Assembly: GCF_018350175.1 (NCBI RefSeq)
Contig: NC_058368.1
Span: forward strand, 226,734,001-226,798,000
Direction of reading: 5' to 3'
DNA length: 64,000 nt
Source of the DNA: Felis catus
Lineage: Eukaryota
Shown here: piece after piece, positions 38,485-52,193 of the stretch
Position numbering within the stretch: the first letter of the stretch is position 1
How the letters are laid out: each line of letters begins with the position of its first letter
The notes under the pieces: generated by a model
Seen by the model: the letters and a program-made list of their open reading frames with translations, nothing else
Database searches by the model: none
What the model was told of the DNA's origin: nothing
Translations under genes and position numbers: made by a program

Positions 38485-38800
38485 AATAAGTTCCTCGAAA
38501 GAAGAGCCTGAGATGAAGACTTATATTCAGGCATTTTATTTGGAAGGCAATCCCAGGAATCAAGAGTGAGAGGGAGGGGAGAATAAAACAGAGAGGGAGG
38601 AAAACTTGACAAAAGATGCATTATCAAGGTCATCACTGTAGGCAATGGGGGCTCCATTCCACTAGTAGTTCCGGAGAAATGTGTAAGATACGTCTCAGAA
38701 TTGCCCACCTGAGGGAGGGACGCACGTCCATTTACTCTACTGGCTTCAGTCCCCTGCTGACTGAGGGATTTCGCTCCGTGACTTTAACTCCATTTTTACA
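38485..38800 (-). mobile_element. ERVL LTR (LTR16-like)
   Basis: agagcctgagatgaagactt...ttttatttggaaggcaatcccaggaa motif. Confidence 0.6.
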
Positions 38801-39296
38801 TACATGTGCCAGCTGGCCATTCAGGTCCCTGCAGTATTGAAGAGAACACGATACCTCAAAGAAAATATGGCCAGGCTTCTGGAGGAGAAAAGATGCCCTG
38901 TGCATGTTTGAAGTGAGGCATTGTCAGTACAAGCTTACCCTTGTAAGCCTTGTAAGTTTCATTTAAATGAAAATATCCATTGCACCTTTGTCTGAAATCA
39001 GAGATCAGTCAAGGTGATTGATGTTGGCTCAGAGGCATATATGGAAAGTACACATTGGCCTTGGCGATGTGTCTTGTGAGAAAAAGATCATAGAACATAT
39101 ATGGAATGACCACTGCCATACCGCAACTTCTTGGACAGTTCCTGGGCTGAGTTCAATTGGGGTTTACTTGTCACCCCCTCTGTCAGTGCATACAGGATAT
39201 AGCTTTCTCAGTTTCTGGAACCTGGAAAAGGTTTGCTGTATCTGAAGACCTATGAATATGGTCTGAATCCTACTAGAACTCTCTATTTGTAAAATG

Positions 39297-39730
39297 TTTT
39301 TTAATGTTTCTTTATTTATTTTGAGAGAGAGCGTGAGTGGAGGGAGTGGCAGAGAGAGTGGGAGAGAGAGAATCCCAAGCAGGCTCCCTGCCCAGCACGG
39401 GGCCTGACCCTAGGACTCTGTCTCATGACCATGAGATCATGAACTGAGCCAAAATCAAGAGCCAGACATGGGGCGCCTGGGTGGTGCAGTCAGTTAAGCG
39501 TCCAACTTCAGCCAGGTCATGATTTTGCGGTCCGTGAGTTCGAGCCCCGCGTCAGGCTCTGGGCTGATGGCTCAAAGCCTGGAGCCTGTTTCGGATTCTG
39601 TGTCTCCCTCTCTCTCTGCCCCTCCCCCGTTCATGCTCTGTCTCTCGCTGTCCCAAAAATAAATAAACGTTGAAAAAAAAAATGTTTAAGAGAGTCAGAC
39701 ATTGAACAGACTGAGCCACCCAGGAATCCC
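39297..39730 (-). mobile_element. Older Can-SINE split by a younger SINE
   Basis: Body 39297-39469 resumes at 39691-39730. Confidence 0.92.
39470..39690 (+). mobile_element. Young felid Can-SINE nested in the older SINE head
   Basis: TSD agag[c/t]cagacat at 39458-39469 and 39691-39702. Confidence 0.95.
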
Positions 39731-40795
39731 TCTCTGTATGTTTTATACGTAGCATTTATAATAGAAGCTGATTTAACATTACTATATGTAATAATATCAT
39801 CTAGTACTTACACAAGAGTGGTAAGTATGTGGCATACATTCTCCACCATCTACATAACTGAGAAGCTGTTCTACACGTACCTGTCAACTCCACGTGGGAC
39901 CTCAGAATGCTTCTCAACACCATGCTCCAATTTGACATTTGAGTTAGCGTTTACTTGCCCTTTGTCGTTTAATACCTCTTCTTACTTCGTGACAATCATC
40001 AAATTTACTCAGCCTCAAAGTGATTCATCAGAAACATCACAGGCACTGTAACATCCAAAAAAAATATATATATATTGCGGGAGTTCATACGTTAAGAGAG
40101 CACTGCTTGGCAATGAAGTTAAGATGACCCTTGCTCACGTGGCCGTCAGTCCCTTTGCAGACCTTACAACTCTGAACAGAACTCTGCCAAATCTTGTGTA
40201 GCCGTCAGAAGTTCTTGAGGCTGAAATAGGGGCTGGGTGTCCAGAGTGTGATACAGAATGCTCTCACCTTTGCAAGGCGCCATGTTATCTAAAACGTGTG
40301 CACGGGGGGACTGTGTCCTTGCTTTACACAATTCTCTGCTAACTGAGATCCCATCTGCAATAATATCGAGCCATACATTTCAGTTAACAGAGTACTGCAA
40401 AAGGAAGGACTGCCTGTATGTAGTTCAACTCACGAGCGGTCAGAATTACAGGATAATAACCTGGTTCCGGAACGTCCATGCCTTGCGCCTCAACGTGGAG
40501 AGCCTTGCTGCATGTGACGTTCAGGAGTGGGTTTCCTGACCGAGCTGTGCTCTACGTCTGTGATCCATCTATTTGAGAACAGTTCTCATTGAACTGGTGG
40601 GGAAAGGAAATCATCCAGCTGCCTGTAAAGGCACTTGAAAGATTTGTACCCACTGTTATTTTCATCTCGTTAAAATAAGGTCCCATACTTCTGGCCGGAA
40701 CATCTTGATTCAAAGTGGTAGTGAAAGCAAGCTAAAGATAAGTACACCTTTAACAGCAGTCCACGGTGGAGACAACAGCCCCTTTGATCCAACAC

Positions 40796-41111
40796 TGTTA
40801 ATAACTGAATGTTTGGGCTCACCCCAATTCGTAGGTTGAAATCCTGACCCCTGAAGTGATGGTATTAAGAGGTGGGGTCTTCGGGAGGTGGGTGTGAGGG
40901 TGGAGCCCTCACGAACGGGATTAGTGCCCTCGTAAGAAGACACTCAAAGGGATCCTCTGAGGACCAGGAAGACACTCTGACCAGAAGCAGGATTTGCTAG
41001 TACCTTGATCTTGAACTTTCCAGCCTCCAGAACTATGAGAAATAAATACTTGTTGTTTAAGCCCTCCAGTCTCTGGTAGTTTTATCATAGCAGCCTGAAT
41101 GGATTAAGACA
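40796..41111 (+). mobile_element. MaLR solo LTR (MLT1A-like)
   Basis: TG...CA ends; ccagcctccagaactatgagaaataaat...tttaagcc...tagcagcctgaatggattaagaca. Confidence 0.88.
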
Positions 41112-41157
41112 AGCATCATTCCAAACTGTATATATGGCACGCAACCATAAAATTTTA

Positions 41158-41387
41158 TTTTATTTTATTTTTTTAATTTTTTTTCAACGTTTATTTATTT
41201 TTGGGACAGAGAGAGACAGAGCATGAACGGGCAAAGGGCAGAGAGAGAGGGAGACACAGAATCGGAAACAGGCTCCAGGCTCCGAGCCATCAGCCCAGAG
41301 CCTGACGCGGGGCTCGAACTCCCGGACAGCGAGATCGTGACCTGGCTGAAGTCGGACGCTTAACCGACTGCGCCACCCAGGCACCCC
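41158..41387 (-). mobile_element. Young felid Can-SINE
   Basis: 19-bp TSD acgca[a/g]ccataaaatttta. Confidence 0.96.
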
Positions 41388-41472
41388 ACGCAGCCATAAA
41401 ATTTTAAAAGGAAGAATATTTTTTTGATCCTTTATTGATCTTTAACGACATTAATATAACATGCCGGTGGTT

Positions 41473-41686
41473 GGGGTGCCTGGGTGACTCAGTCAGTTAA
41501 GCTTCTGACTCTTGATTTTGGCTCAGGTCATGATCTCATAGTTCATGAGTTCAAGCCCTGCTTCAGGCTCTGTGCTAACAATGCAGAGCCTGCTTGGGAG
41601 TCTCTCTCTCTCTCCCTCTCTCTGTTCCTCCTTTGCTCAAGTTTCTCTCTCTCTCTCTCTCAAACTAAATAAATAAACTTTAAAAA
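41473..41686 (+). mobile_element. Can-SINE
   Basis: ggggtgcctgggtgactcagtc head, (CT)n, tail. Confidence 0.94.
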
Positions 41687-43769
41687 TATGTAATATTTCT
41701 GTGGTTAATGGTAGATATATTTCTTGACAGAAGGCTAAGCTGTTGTTAGAAAAACTTTAAGCCTCGCAAACAAGTTTGGGAAATTCTAGAATTAGAACAA
41801 AACAAGCAGCTATTTTAAAGTCTGTTTATCAGAAGGTTACTGTTGAGTTTCAGTTTCTGCTCCTGTCTATTGTTTGTGGCATTCCTAATCACCATTTTCA
41901 CTCACTAGCACCATTCTCTCAGCTTTTAAACATTTCCAGTTCCCCAAATACGATGCTTCCAAGTAAGACTCATTCCGTTGCAAGTATAAAAGCATAAAAA
42001 TATTTTTTTAAACTGGAAGGCTGCATTAAAAACTCAACAAGTCCAATAGTCTCATTTTAAATATGAGGAAACTGATACCCAAGATTTTAAGTGATGTGGC
42101 CAATGTCCCCTACCTTTTTAGACGCAGAGTTCTGCCTTTCTTCTAAATCTTTCATTCTGGGAAGTCGCAGAGAACTGCCTTCCCAGCATATAGATAATTC
42201 CTGGGAGGAAACGTGGAAAATAAAAGAATTGCATTCATAGGCAGATGCCTGGAGAATTTCCCTCACTTTTAATTTCTTTTATTATTATTACAATATGTTG
42301 TTACCATGAATAAAAATATGGGGAAAAATTAAAATGAAACAAATTGCAAACAATTAGATTTACTAGTTCTTCGTGAAAGGTAACATATTTAACATATGTT
42401 TCTCCAGATTACAGCAGCCTGGAGGAAAACCAGTTTTGAAATAACAGCAACACGAGGTATTTTTCTGACTCAGGCCTTGCCCACAGGATTGTAAGAAATT
42501 CAGCCTCCCTTAAATTCTTCCAACTAGTTCAGAAAGTCATTATCTGGGGATTTTTCATACGAGCACACGGTCTTGTTCCTCTAGCAATGTTAATCCTACC
42601 AATTCTTACTCTCTATGGTCTGTTGCTTCTTTTGTCGGGCCAGTCCCAAAACACCACCTGCCTCCTATCGAGAGATAAATTTGGGGAATCGATGCACAGG
42701 GTGCCACACCCCCTGGATGGTTGTGTCTGGCTCCTGCTGATGATAAATACTAGGGCTCCTGATAATGAAAGCAGTCACGGCAGGGAGTTACTTGCTCCTT
42801 GGCCCCAGTACACCTTTGTGATATTTGCCTGAGGGGTGAGGTCCAAGTTCTGGCAGTGGGAAGACTGCCCCATGTGATTTCAGACTGAACACTCTTTAGG
42901 AGGAAAACGAACTTGAGCCACGGTATGTTTTCTCTCAGGTCACCTGGGGGCCAGCTGCCCCCATTCTGTGGACGTAAAGCATCTCCCTTCCCTTCCGTTT
43001 TAAGGCCCAGGTCTCATGCTGGATTCTGTTGTAACAACAAAGAAGTGGGATGAGGGAAGCATGGCGATGCCACCTGAGGAACGAGAGTTTACAAATCCCG
43101 CCCTGGGGCGGGTGTCCAGGGCCTCTTTTGTAGGTAGGTCTGGTGGGGGGGGGGGTTGGAGGGAATGATTGGGGTCATCAGATTAGGTAGGACAGAGAGT
43201 TTGAAGAGGAAGTGTAGAAGGGTGAGGGGGACTGAGGGGACACAGGAACACTGGAAGTTAGAGGGATGCCCCGAAACACTCACCGAAGACACAGGGTGAC
43301 ACATTTCCCCTCTGGGGAGGAGGCAAGCTCATTGGGTGAGGTCCCTCGTTCCTGTCCTTCCATCTGGAGCTATTTCTGGAAGCTCTCCTGGCCGTTCAAT
43401 AAAACAGTCACGTCACCTCCACGTGGGTCCGTGGGTGTGAAGGCTGGGAAGAATGGTGTTCCAGAACCTGGAAAGGACCCGCCACCTGCTTCCTGATCAC
43501 CTGGGTGGGGAAGAGGGCCTCAGGAGGGTAGAGCGGAGGATGGAGAGGTCCTTTTCTTGGGAAGTAATCCACGGAAGGAGGAAGAGACTGCCAGGGGACA
43601 GACAGCCTGAGTCCTTGACTTGCTGGGCAAACACAGTTTCCCTGGCCTCTTTTCCCCATCAGTGACCAGAGGGAAAGCCACATCACCCGACTCTAGGGAG
43701 CACCATGCTGATCAATGTCCATAAGGATGGCATCTCTGGGGAGGAAGACATGGGGATTTACACACGCTG

Positions 43770-44253
43770 TGTCATTATCACACATTTCGTGGCTTAACAC
43801 AACACAATTTTATCATCCTACAGCTCTGTATGTCACAAGTGTGAAATCGTGTTCACTGGGCTGCAGTCAAGGGTGTGTGCAAGCCCGTGTGCCCTCTGAA
43901 GGCTCTGGGGGAGAGTCTGCCTCCTGTCCTATCCAGCTTTTAGGGCTCCCTGCCTCCCCGGACCCATGGCCGCTTCTTCCATCTCCAAGCCAGCTGGGCC
44001 GCATCTTCTCTCCGGCCTCTGTTTTCTTCCCTATGTCTTCTCACCCTTACTTGGGTCCCCCAGCCTCCCTCTTAAAAGAACTTTTGTGATGACTTTGGGC
44101 CCATTCAGATGACCCAGGATAATCCCATGGTGTCCAGATTCTTTGTTTAATCACTTCCACAATGTCCCTTTTACCATGTGAGCTGACGTATTCATGGGTT
44201 CAGGAGATCTGGATGTAGGCATCTTTGGGGAAGGCCATTACTCAGCCTGCCCT
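43770..44253 (-). mobile_element. MaLR solo LTR (MLT1C/D-like)
   Basis: gtggcttaacacaacacaattttatcatcctacagctctg...ccaggataatcc...catctttgggg. Confidence 0.8.
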
Positions 44254-45119
44254 AAGATGCAGAGTCCATGCAGATATATGTTGAGGCCCTGGTAGGGACC
44301 CCACCACCCATGCTGGCACAGAGGGGACTAGGTTGGCTCTGGACGTGGGCCATTATGGCCCTACTTCCCATGCATTGGCCTTCCAAGCCCCTAGCACCCA
44401 CTGTCCCCATGCACTGAATCAAGGGCTAAGTTCTCTACGTGTTTTGCTCTGTCATCACCGTGTAGCCAACCAAACCATGTACCTTCTGCTGGTCATAAAA
44501 AAGTCTGAGCAGTACAGTCAAGTTGCCCTCTCTCCCCTGTCACTAATCGGTTGTTAGAGACAAATTCATACTCTTTTATCTTACCTTTCCCCGGGATGAC
44601 GTTCTTTCCTGGAGGCTCTTTCGTGTGCAAAGTGGTCAGCCCCACAAAACATATCAGAAAGCCCACGTGCGTCCGAATCCTCGCGGGGGATACACACTAG
44701 GCCCTTGAGCGCGGCTCTTAGTGCCATCATGACTCAAGATAGAAGTTTCTGGGACCAAAAATACACACCAGTAGAACAACTTGTGGGTATTTTTTTTTCA
44801 ATAAAGTAACCAATAATTTTGAGGTCGTGAGAGTTAAACAAAAAACCTCCTTGCTATCAATGGCAATAAATTATTTATCTTAACTACGCAATTTGGAAAA
44901 ATTATGTTTGGCATTATGTAAATGCAGCCTTTTTCAATAACACAAAGAATTTGTTCTATTAAAAATTTATCACTTGAAGATAAATAGAAAGCAGATTTAT
45001 CAAGAACAAATCAGAATTAATACTAAAATTACTACTAATAAATAATAATAAGATCCTCATGTAAATAATGAATGCCATACTCCAATCTCCTCGCTTGTTC
45101 GCTTGTTTGTTTATTTTTG

Positions 45120-45336
45120 GTTTTAAATTTTTTTTCAATGTTTATTTATTTTTGACAGACAGAAACAGAGAGTGAGTGGGGGGGCGGTGCAGGGAGATAG
45201 GGAGACACAGACTCCGAAGCAGGCTCCAGGCTCCGAGCTGTCAGCACAGAGCCCGACGCAGGGCTTGAACTCGTGAACCGTGAGATCATGACATGAGCCC
45301 AAGTCTGACCCTTAAAAAAAAACAGCCCAGTGCCCC
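45120..45336 (-). mobile_element. Can-SINE with damaged head
   Basis: SINE body gcaggctccaggctccgagctgtcagcacagagccc. Confidence 0.92.
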
Positions 45337-45646
45337 TTTTAGTGCTGTTTTTAAAAACAACGTAACATAAAAACTGTCATGGGGATGCACAATTAGTATG
45401 TCAAATTCAAGTCTGGACACCTAGTAGAAAGGGGTTCTTTCTACACACATACACACCACAGTCATGGCAGGGATCAGGGAATCTTTGTCTCACAAAAGGA
45501 CAAATCTAACAGGCATTGGAGACTCACAAAAGCTCAGAGTAAAGAAGCAAAAGGCTGCATCTCAATATCTGGGGTTAGAACTAAAAGATTAGGAAATATC
45601 TCTGATTAGTGATAAGTAAGGATCCCCAATTAAAGGAAGGATCTCA

Positions 45647-45844
45647 GGGCACCTCGGTGGCTCATTTGGTTCAGTGTCCGATTCTGGATGTCAGCTCAGG
45701 TCACGACCTTGTGGTTCGTGGGATGGAGCCCCGTGTCGGACTCTGTGCTGAGCATGGAGCCTGCTTGGATCCTCTCTCTCCCTCCCTCTGCCCCTGGCCC
45801 CACCCCCCTCTCAAAATAAATAAATAAACATTAAAAAAAAATAA
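45647..45844 (+). mobile_element. Can-SINE
   Basis: Degenerate TSD aaaggaa(g/aa)gatctc. Confidence 0.93.
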
Positions 45845-48800
45845 AAAGGAAAAGATCTCTCCATGAAATCCATGCTTTGATGGACCAAAATGTTTTGAGG
45901 CAGCCAGAAGAGAATGGGAACCAGACCAGAATGACTGTCCTTTCATCCTTCATATGAGGAGGCTGAGACTTACCTTGGAAACCTTGCCACATCCTTTAAC
46001 GTCACCCACGTATGACTAGCTTTTACTCTAAAAGGAAGTCCAGTCATCCGCAAGGTAAAGGACACAAGTAGATACACAATCTTCAAAGGTCAACAGATGC
46101 CCTTACTTTCCCTCTGGTGGATTCAACCCATTGGCTCTAAGCCCCCTTCGCAAAGGTCAGCAAAACACCAGTATGAAATCTTCAGTCAACTTCATGACAT
46201 CCTGTGTAGAGCCTTCTCTGGGTCTTGTCTTACAACCAGATCAGAGGAGCTTCGCTCCTCTTCCGGAATCTTGATTCTTGAACCCAAGGTGGGGAAAGAC
46301 GAGGAAGTGGATCCATCACAGAATTGTGCGTTGGGGAGATGGGTAGCTCCGTTCAGGTGGTGTCAGTTGCCTCCACGCTAGATGCGCAGGACAGCCTGAG
46401 CTGAGGAGGGGGGCGTGAGTGCACTGCTCTGCTTGGTGACGTAAAGGGAGAAGAGCTTCCTGGAGTCCCTTACAGGTTGGATCTAGGAAAATGGAGACAA
46501 GGGGGAAAGTGAGGGGAGTTTGGCGCGAGTGAATTGGTAACCCGAAGCCTCTCCCTTTACGGGATCTGCTACATATTTAAGTGCTAGGTGTGAGCGTTTT
46601 TATTGGGGTGAGAGGGATCACGGAAAATGAGCCACGTTCCACATTTCGCTCAGCGCGGAGCAGAGACGTAAGAAAAGGACCGGGAGGTGAGAACAAGAGT
46701 TTGGTAGGAGCCAAAAGTGACCAGGAGAACATGAGCCCCCTGGGAGGTAACAAAACTTAGGGAGGTTTTGGACTTCCCACCATGTGTGAGTTAAAGCCAG
46801 TTTGCATTTTCTCCATTTTACGAGACTGGATGGCCTCAGTGGACAGCTGAATTACACTCATCTCTAAAAGGTCAACCTCTGCTGTTAAAGGAGTCGTGTG
46901 TTTATAAACCTCGTGAAGCAGAGGTGAGTCGTGAAGCCTGAGCAACCTGAGCAAGAAGAGGGGTGTCGAAACGGGCAGAGGGGGGTCCTGTGGTGGAAGC
47001 TTGGCAAGAACATGAACCTGGCAGAGGCCATGGCAGGTGAGTGATACCCCGGTGCTCGCGCTGCGGTGGTAACAGGACGTGAGGCTGCACCGTGGGGAGC
47101 GAGGTCCTCGGTGGAAAAGGGGGCAGACACGCGGGGGGCTCTCTGATAATCACGCAGAGAAATTCTGAAGGAGGGAAAACTGCTAAGATGGAACAATTAT
47201 TTTGAACCCGCAGCCTAGCGTTGGCCATTATTTGGGTCAACTGTGATTCAAGTGTGTTCATCTTTCTAAATATTTCAATATGTGGCAAAGCGAAAGAAGT
47301 TTTCTGACATATTGAGTTACTTTTTCACTGAGCGACAGTGGGAAATCTGTCAGTGAGGCCAGTAAGTTTCAGACTTCTGAATGAAAGACAATTAATAACC
47401 TATCTAGCGGATGAACAAAACTAGCCAATGTAATTACAGTAGAACCTGAGAAATTGGCCAAAAACATTCAGGCACGCAATTTGGGGAAAGAAAAGCTTCC
47501 CCACTCCAGGCCACACTAAATCAACAACAAAAAAAATAGTTTTAGAACCTTTCTTTCTGAAGGGAAGTAAATTTATGCCAGGAAGATTAATTTTAAGAGC
47601 CATAAAAATAACTGGATAGGAAGTCAAGTAAACCTTAATGTGTCCTCTTGATGAATGTATCCCTTTAATATTATGAAATGTGCCTTTTTATTCCAAACAA
47701 TATGCCTTGTTTAGAAATCTACCCTGTCTGATATTAATAGAATCACTCCAACTTTCCTCGCATTAGTGTTTGCGTGGGATATCTTTTTCCATTTTTTATT
47801 TAAAAAGGAATCAGCTTTGCTGAAGTGTAACTTACATACAAAGTTTCCAGCAGTTATAGGAATATAACTTGAAGGGTTTTGACCAATGCAAACAGCCCTT
47901 AACTACTACTACAGTGATGGTATAGAACATTCTCATCACGTCATCAATTTCTCCATGCCCTTCTGTTTTTTCATCCTCTTGTCCCAGAACGCTGCCAACC
48001 TCTGATCTGCTCTTCATCCCTCTAGTTTTGCCTTTTCTAAACTTTCACATGAATGGACTCACACAGTACGTTGTGTCTGGCATCTTCCTCTGAGGGCAGT
48101 GCTTCTGAGATTCATCTATGTGGATGAAGTGTTAAAGGGGTCAGTGATTCGTCCCCTTTGCAGCTGGCTGAGTGGTGCACTTTTATAAAGCTAAACCACA
48201 ACTTGTTTTTCCATTCATCAGCTGATGGAGATTAAGGATCTTTCTAGTTTGGGGCTAGAATATTCGAGTACAAGTCTTTGTATAGACACATTTCCCAGGA
48301 TGCATTCCTAAGAATGGAAATGCTGGATCACATAGAAGGTGTGTTAAACTCTGGAAGAAATTGCCAAACTGTTTTCCAAAGTAGGTAAGCCATGTGTAAG
48401 AGTTCCACACCCACACCAATGTTAAATTCTTTTAATTACAGCTGCCCTTGCCTTTTTGTTATTATTCTTTTTGATTGTAGCTAGTCTAGTGGGTCTGTAG
48501 TGGTATCTCACTACACGTGAGTTTTTCACGAATACTCTGCTCATACTAAAGATGTTAAGTATCTTTTCATGTGCTTGTTTACTATTTGTATATACCCATT
48601 TTAAGTGTATTCAAAAATTTTTTAAATTTTTAATTGGGCTATAAGACTTCTTTATATATTTGGATTACAGATCCAGGCAAATGTTTTGCAAATCTGTGAC
48701 TTGATTTGATTTTCTTTACAGTGCTTTTGGAGAGCAAATGTTTTTAATTTTAACAAAGTCCAATTAAATTTTTTTCTCTTATACTTTGTGCTGTTTTTGT

Positions 48801-49352
48801 CCTATTTAAAAATCTTTGCCTAATTTGAGGTCTCTAAATTTTTTCATAGGTTTTCTTATAAAATTTTAATAGTTTTGGCTCCTATATTTAGGTTTGTGAT
48901 CCATTTGAAATCAATTGTTGTATATGGTATGTGTTAAGGTTTGAGATTCTTTTCTTTCCTTTTGCATATGGATAGCTGATGTTTTCGGTACCACTCGTTG
49001 GAAAGATTGTCCTTTCCATGTCGAATTGCCTTGGCAACTTTGTTAAAAAATCAGTTTGTTATATTGGAATCTATATTCTGTTCCACCGATTCTAGATGTG
49101 TGTTTTATACCAATACCACACTGCTTCATTACTGTAGCTTTATAATAAGACTTGAATTTGGGTTGTGTAAATCCTCCAAATTTATTCTTTTTCAAAATTG
49201 TTTTGGTATTTCTAGGTTCATTGAATTTCCATAAAGACAAGCTTTTCATTATTTAAAACATAATATTTTTAGTGTCAACCAAAATGTCTGTGACAATTTT
49301 ATCTGGGAGTGTATTAAAAATGCAGTTCAATTTGGAGAAAATGGCCATCTTT

Positions 49353-49618
49353 TTTTACGACATATTTTTAAAAATTTTTATTTATTTATTTTGAGAGAGA
49401 CAGCGTGCTCAAGAGGCCAGGGGTGCAGAGAGAGGCAGAGAGGGAGAGGGAGAGAGAGTGGGGAAGCGGGGGTGGGGAGAGAGAGAATCCCAAGCAGGCT
49501 CCGCACTGTCGACCTGGAGCCCAGTGCGGGGCTTGAACTCACGAGCCATGAGATCATGAACTGAGGCGAAATCAAGAGTCAGACACTTAACCAAGGACAC
49601 TTAGACACCCAGGCATCC
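49353..49618 (-). mobile_element. Can-SINE (older, expanded linker)
   Basis: gagaatcccaagcaggctcc...gagatcatgaactgag. Confidence 0.9.
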
Positions 49619-49808
49619 TATGGGCGAATGGAAATCTTAATAACATTGAATCTTTTGAGTCAGGGACATTGTATATGTCTCATTTTATTTTTATCTTATT
49701 TAATTTCTCTCCAAACTGTTTTGTTTTCAGTACACAGTTCCAAAAGTTCTGCTAAATTTTTACCTGTGTATTTCATGTTTTTAATTCTTTTTAGAATGAC
49801 ACTTAAAT

Positions 49809-49998
49809 ATTTTTCTTTTTCTGAGAGAGAGAGTGTGTGCATGGGGGAAGGGGCAGAGAGAGAGGTAGAGAGAATTTTAAGCAACTCTGCACCCAACATG
49901 GAGACCAACTCAGGGCTTGATCTCACAACTGTGCAATCACCACCTTGAGCCAAAATCAAGAGTTGGATGCTTAACCTAATGAGCCACCCAGGCACTCC
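49809..49998 (-). mobile_element. Can-SINE (older)
   Basis: gagccaaaatcaagagttggatgcttaacc...gagccacccaggcac. Confidence 0.88.
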
Positions 49999-50653
49999 TC
50001 TTTCCTCTTTTTACTGAACAGAACCTTCAGTCTGACTTTGACTAGGAAGAACGAACAATTGTCTTGCTCCCAGTTTTGAGAGAAAAGCATTCAGTCTTTT
50101 ACAATTTATATGTTAGCTGTCAACTCCTCATAGCTGTTCTTTATCATGAAGAAGATTGCTTCTATTCTTAGCTTATTGGCATTTTAAAAATCATGAACAG
50201 ATGTTGATTTTTTCCAAATAATTTTTCCGCATCTATTGAGAGGATTTCTTAATGTTAAACCAATTTGCATTTTTGGGGTACATCCTAGTTAGCCATGATT
50301 TATGTTTATATAAATATTTACATATTGCTTGATTAATTCCTTTTAACATTTTGTTAAGGATTTTTACATTTGTGCTCATGCAGATGTTTGTTGTATTCTT
50401 TTCTTGTAATTCTTGTCTGGTTTTGGTGTCACTGTAAAGCTAATTTCATAAAATGAGTTGTCTATTTTCCAGAAGAGTTTAATGCAGAATCACTCTTATT
50501 TTCTCCTTAAATGTTTCCTGGAGTTCCCCAGTGAAGCCCTCTGCTTCTGGAGTTTTTCTTTGTGGGAAGACTTACTGTATTGAGGCCATTCAGATTATTT
50601 CTTCTTGAGTAAGCTTTAGTAGTTTGTGTCTTTTAAAGAATTTGCCCATTTTA

Positions 50654-50869
50654 GGGGCGCCTGGGTGGCTCAGTCGGTTAAGCGTCCGACTTCAGCCAGG
50701 TCACGATCTCGCGGTCCGTGAGTTCGAGCCCCGTGTCAGGCTCTGGGCTGATGGCTCGGAGCCTGGAGCCTGTTTCCGATTCTGTGTCTCCCTCTCTCTC
50801 TGCCCCTCCCCTGTTCATGCTCTGTATCTCTCTGTCCCAAAAATAAATAAACGTTGAAAAAAAAATTTA
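50654..50869 (+). mobile_element. Young felid Can-SINE
   Basis: 18-bp TSD aaagaatttgcccatttt at 50635-50652 and 50870-50887. Confidence 0.97.
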
Positions 50870-51975
50870 AAAGAATTTGCCCATTTTGTTAGAATTGTCA
50901 TATTTATTGGTTTTTACGGTTGTAGACAATATTACCTTCTTAGTCCTTCAAGTTTGTAGGATCTGTGGTGATGCCTCTCTTTTATTGCTGATATTGGGAA
51001 TTGGGCTTTCCCCCCCTCACTTTTTGATAAACCTGGCTAGGATTTTATGAATTTCCTTGATGTTCTTCACAAAAACAGCTTTAGATTTCTTTGATTTTTC
51101 TCTATCACATTTTGTTTTATGCTTTATTACGTTGACTTCTGCTTGTAACTATTATTTTCTTCCACTTTAATTGCCCTTATTGTTCTAGTTTCATTGATTT
51201 GAGGCCTTCTTTGTTTTAATGCTATGTATTTCCCTCAAAGCATTTCATTAGCTGCATCTTACAAATTCTGATGAGATTTGTTTTCATTCCTTCAGTTCAA
51301 AATAATTTCTAATCACTTGTTTCTCTGCTCCTTTGATCATGGGTTATTTAGAAGTATGTGTTTTGATTTTCAAATATCTTGACATTTTCCAGATAGCCAT
51401 TTGTTATTTATTTCTAATTTAATTTCACAGTGGCCAGTGAACCTACCTAATATGATTACAATCCTTTGAAATTTGATGTGATTTGTTTTATGGGCTAGAA
51501 TATGGTCTATCTTTGTGAATTGCTTTGTGTGTATATGAAAGTGATGCATATATGTAAATGTCAGCTAGGCCAAGTTAAAGTCATATATATGCTTATTAAC
51601 TTTCTGCCTGCTTGTTCTACTATTTATTGAGAGGAAAGTTAAAGTCTGCAACTGTAACTTTAGGTTTTTCTGTTTTTTCCTTTTAATTCCATTAGTTTTT
51701 GCTTCATGTATGTGGAAGCTCTGTTGTAAAGTACATTCCCAGTTAGGATTATTATATCTTCTTGATATATTGATCCTTTTTTTTTAAATTATGAAATCTC
51801 TCTCAATATCCCTGATAATATTCCCCATTGTTAAATTTACTTTGCTGATATTAATAAAAAATCTCCAACTTTCTGTTGATTAGGGTTTCCATAATATATC
51901 TTTTTCTATCTTTTTAATTTGAGCCCATCTGTATCTTTAGATATAAGAGTAGTATTTTTAAAAATCTAATCTGAA

Positions 51976-52193
51976 GGGGCGCCTGGGTGCCTCATTTGGT
52001 TGAGCATCAACTTCGGTTCAGGTCATGATCTCACAGTTTGTGAGTTCGAGCCCCATGTCGGGCTCTGTGCTGACAGCTCAGAGCCTGGAGCCTACTTCAG
52101 ATTCGGTGTCTTCCCCTCTCTCTACCCCTCCCCTGCTCATGCTCTGTGTCTCTCTGTCTCTCAATAATAAATAAACGTTAAAAAAATTTTTTT
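51976..52193 (+). mobile_element. Can-SINE
   Basis: TSD aaatctaatctgaa at 51962-51975 and 52194-52207. Confidence 0.96.
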
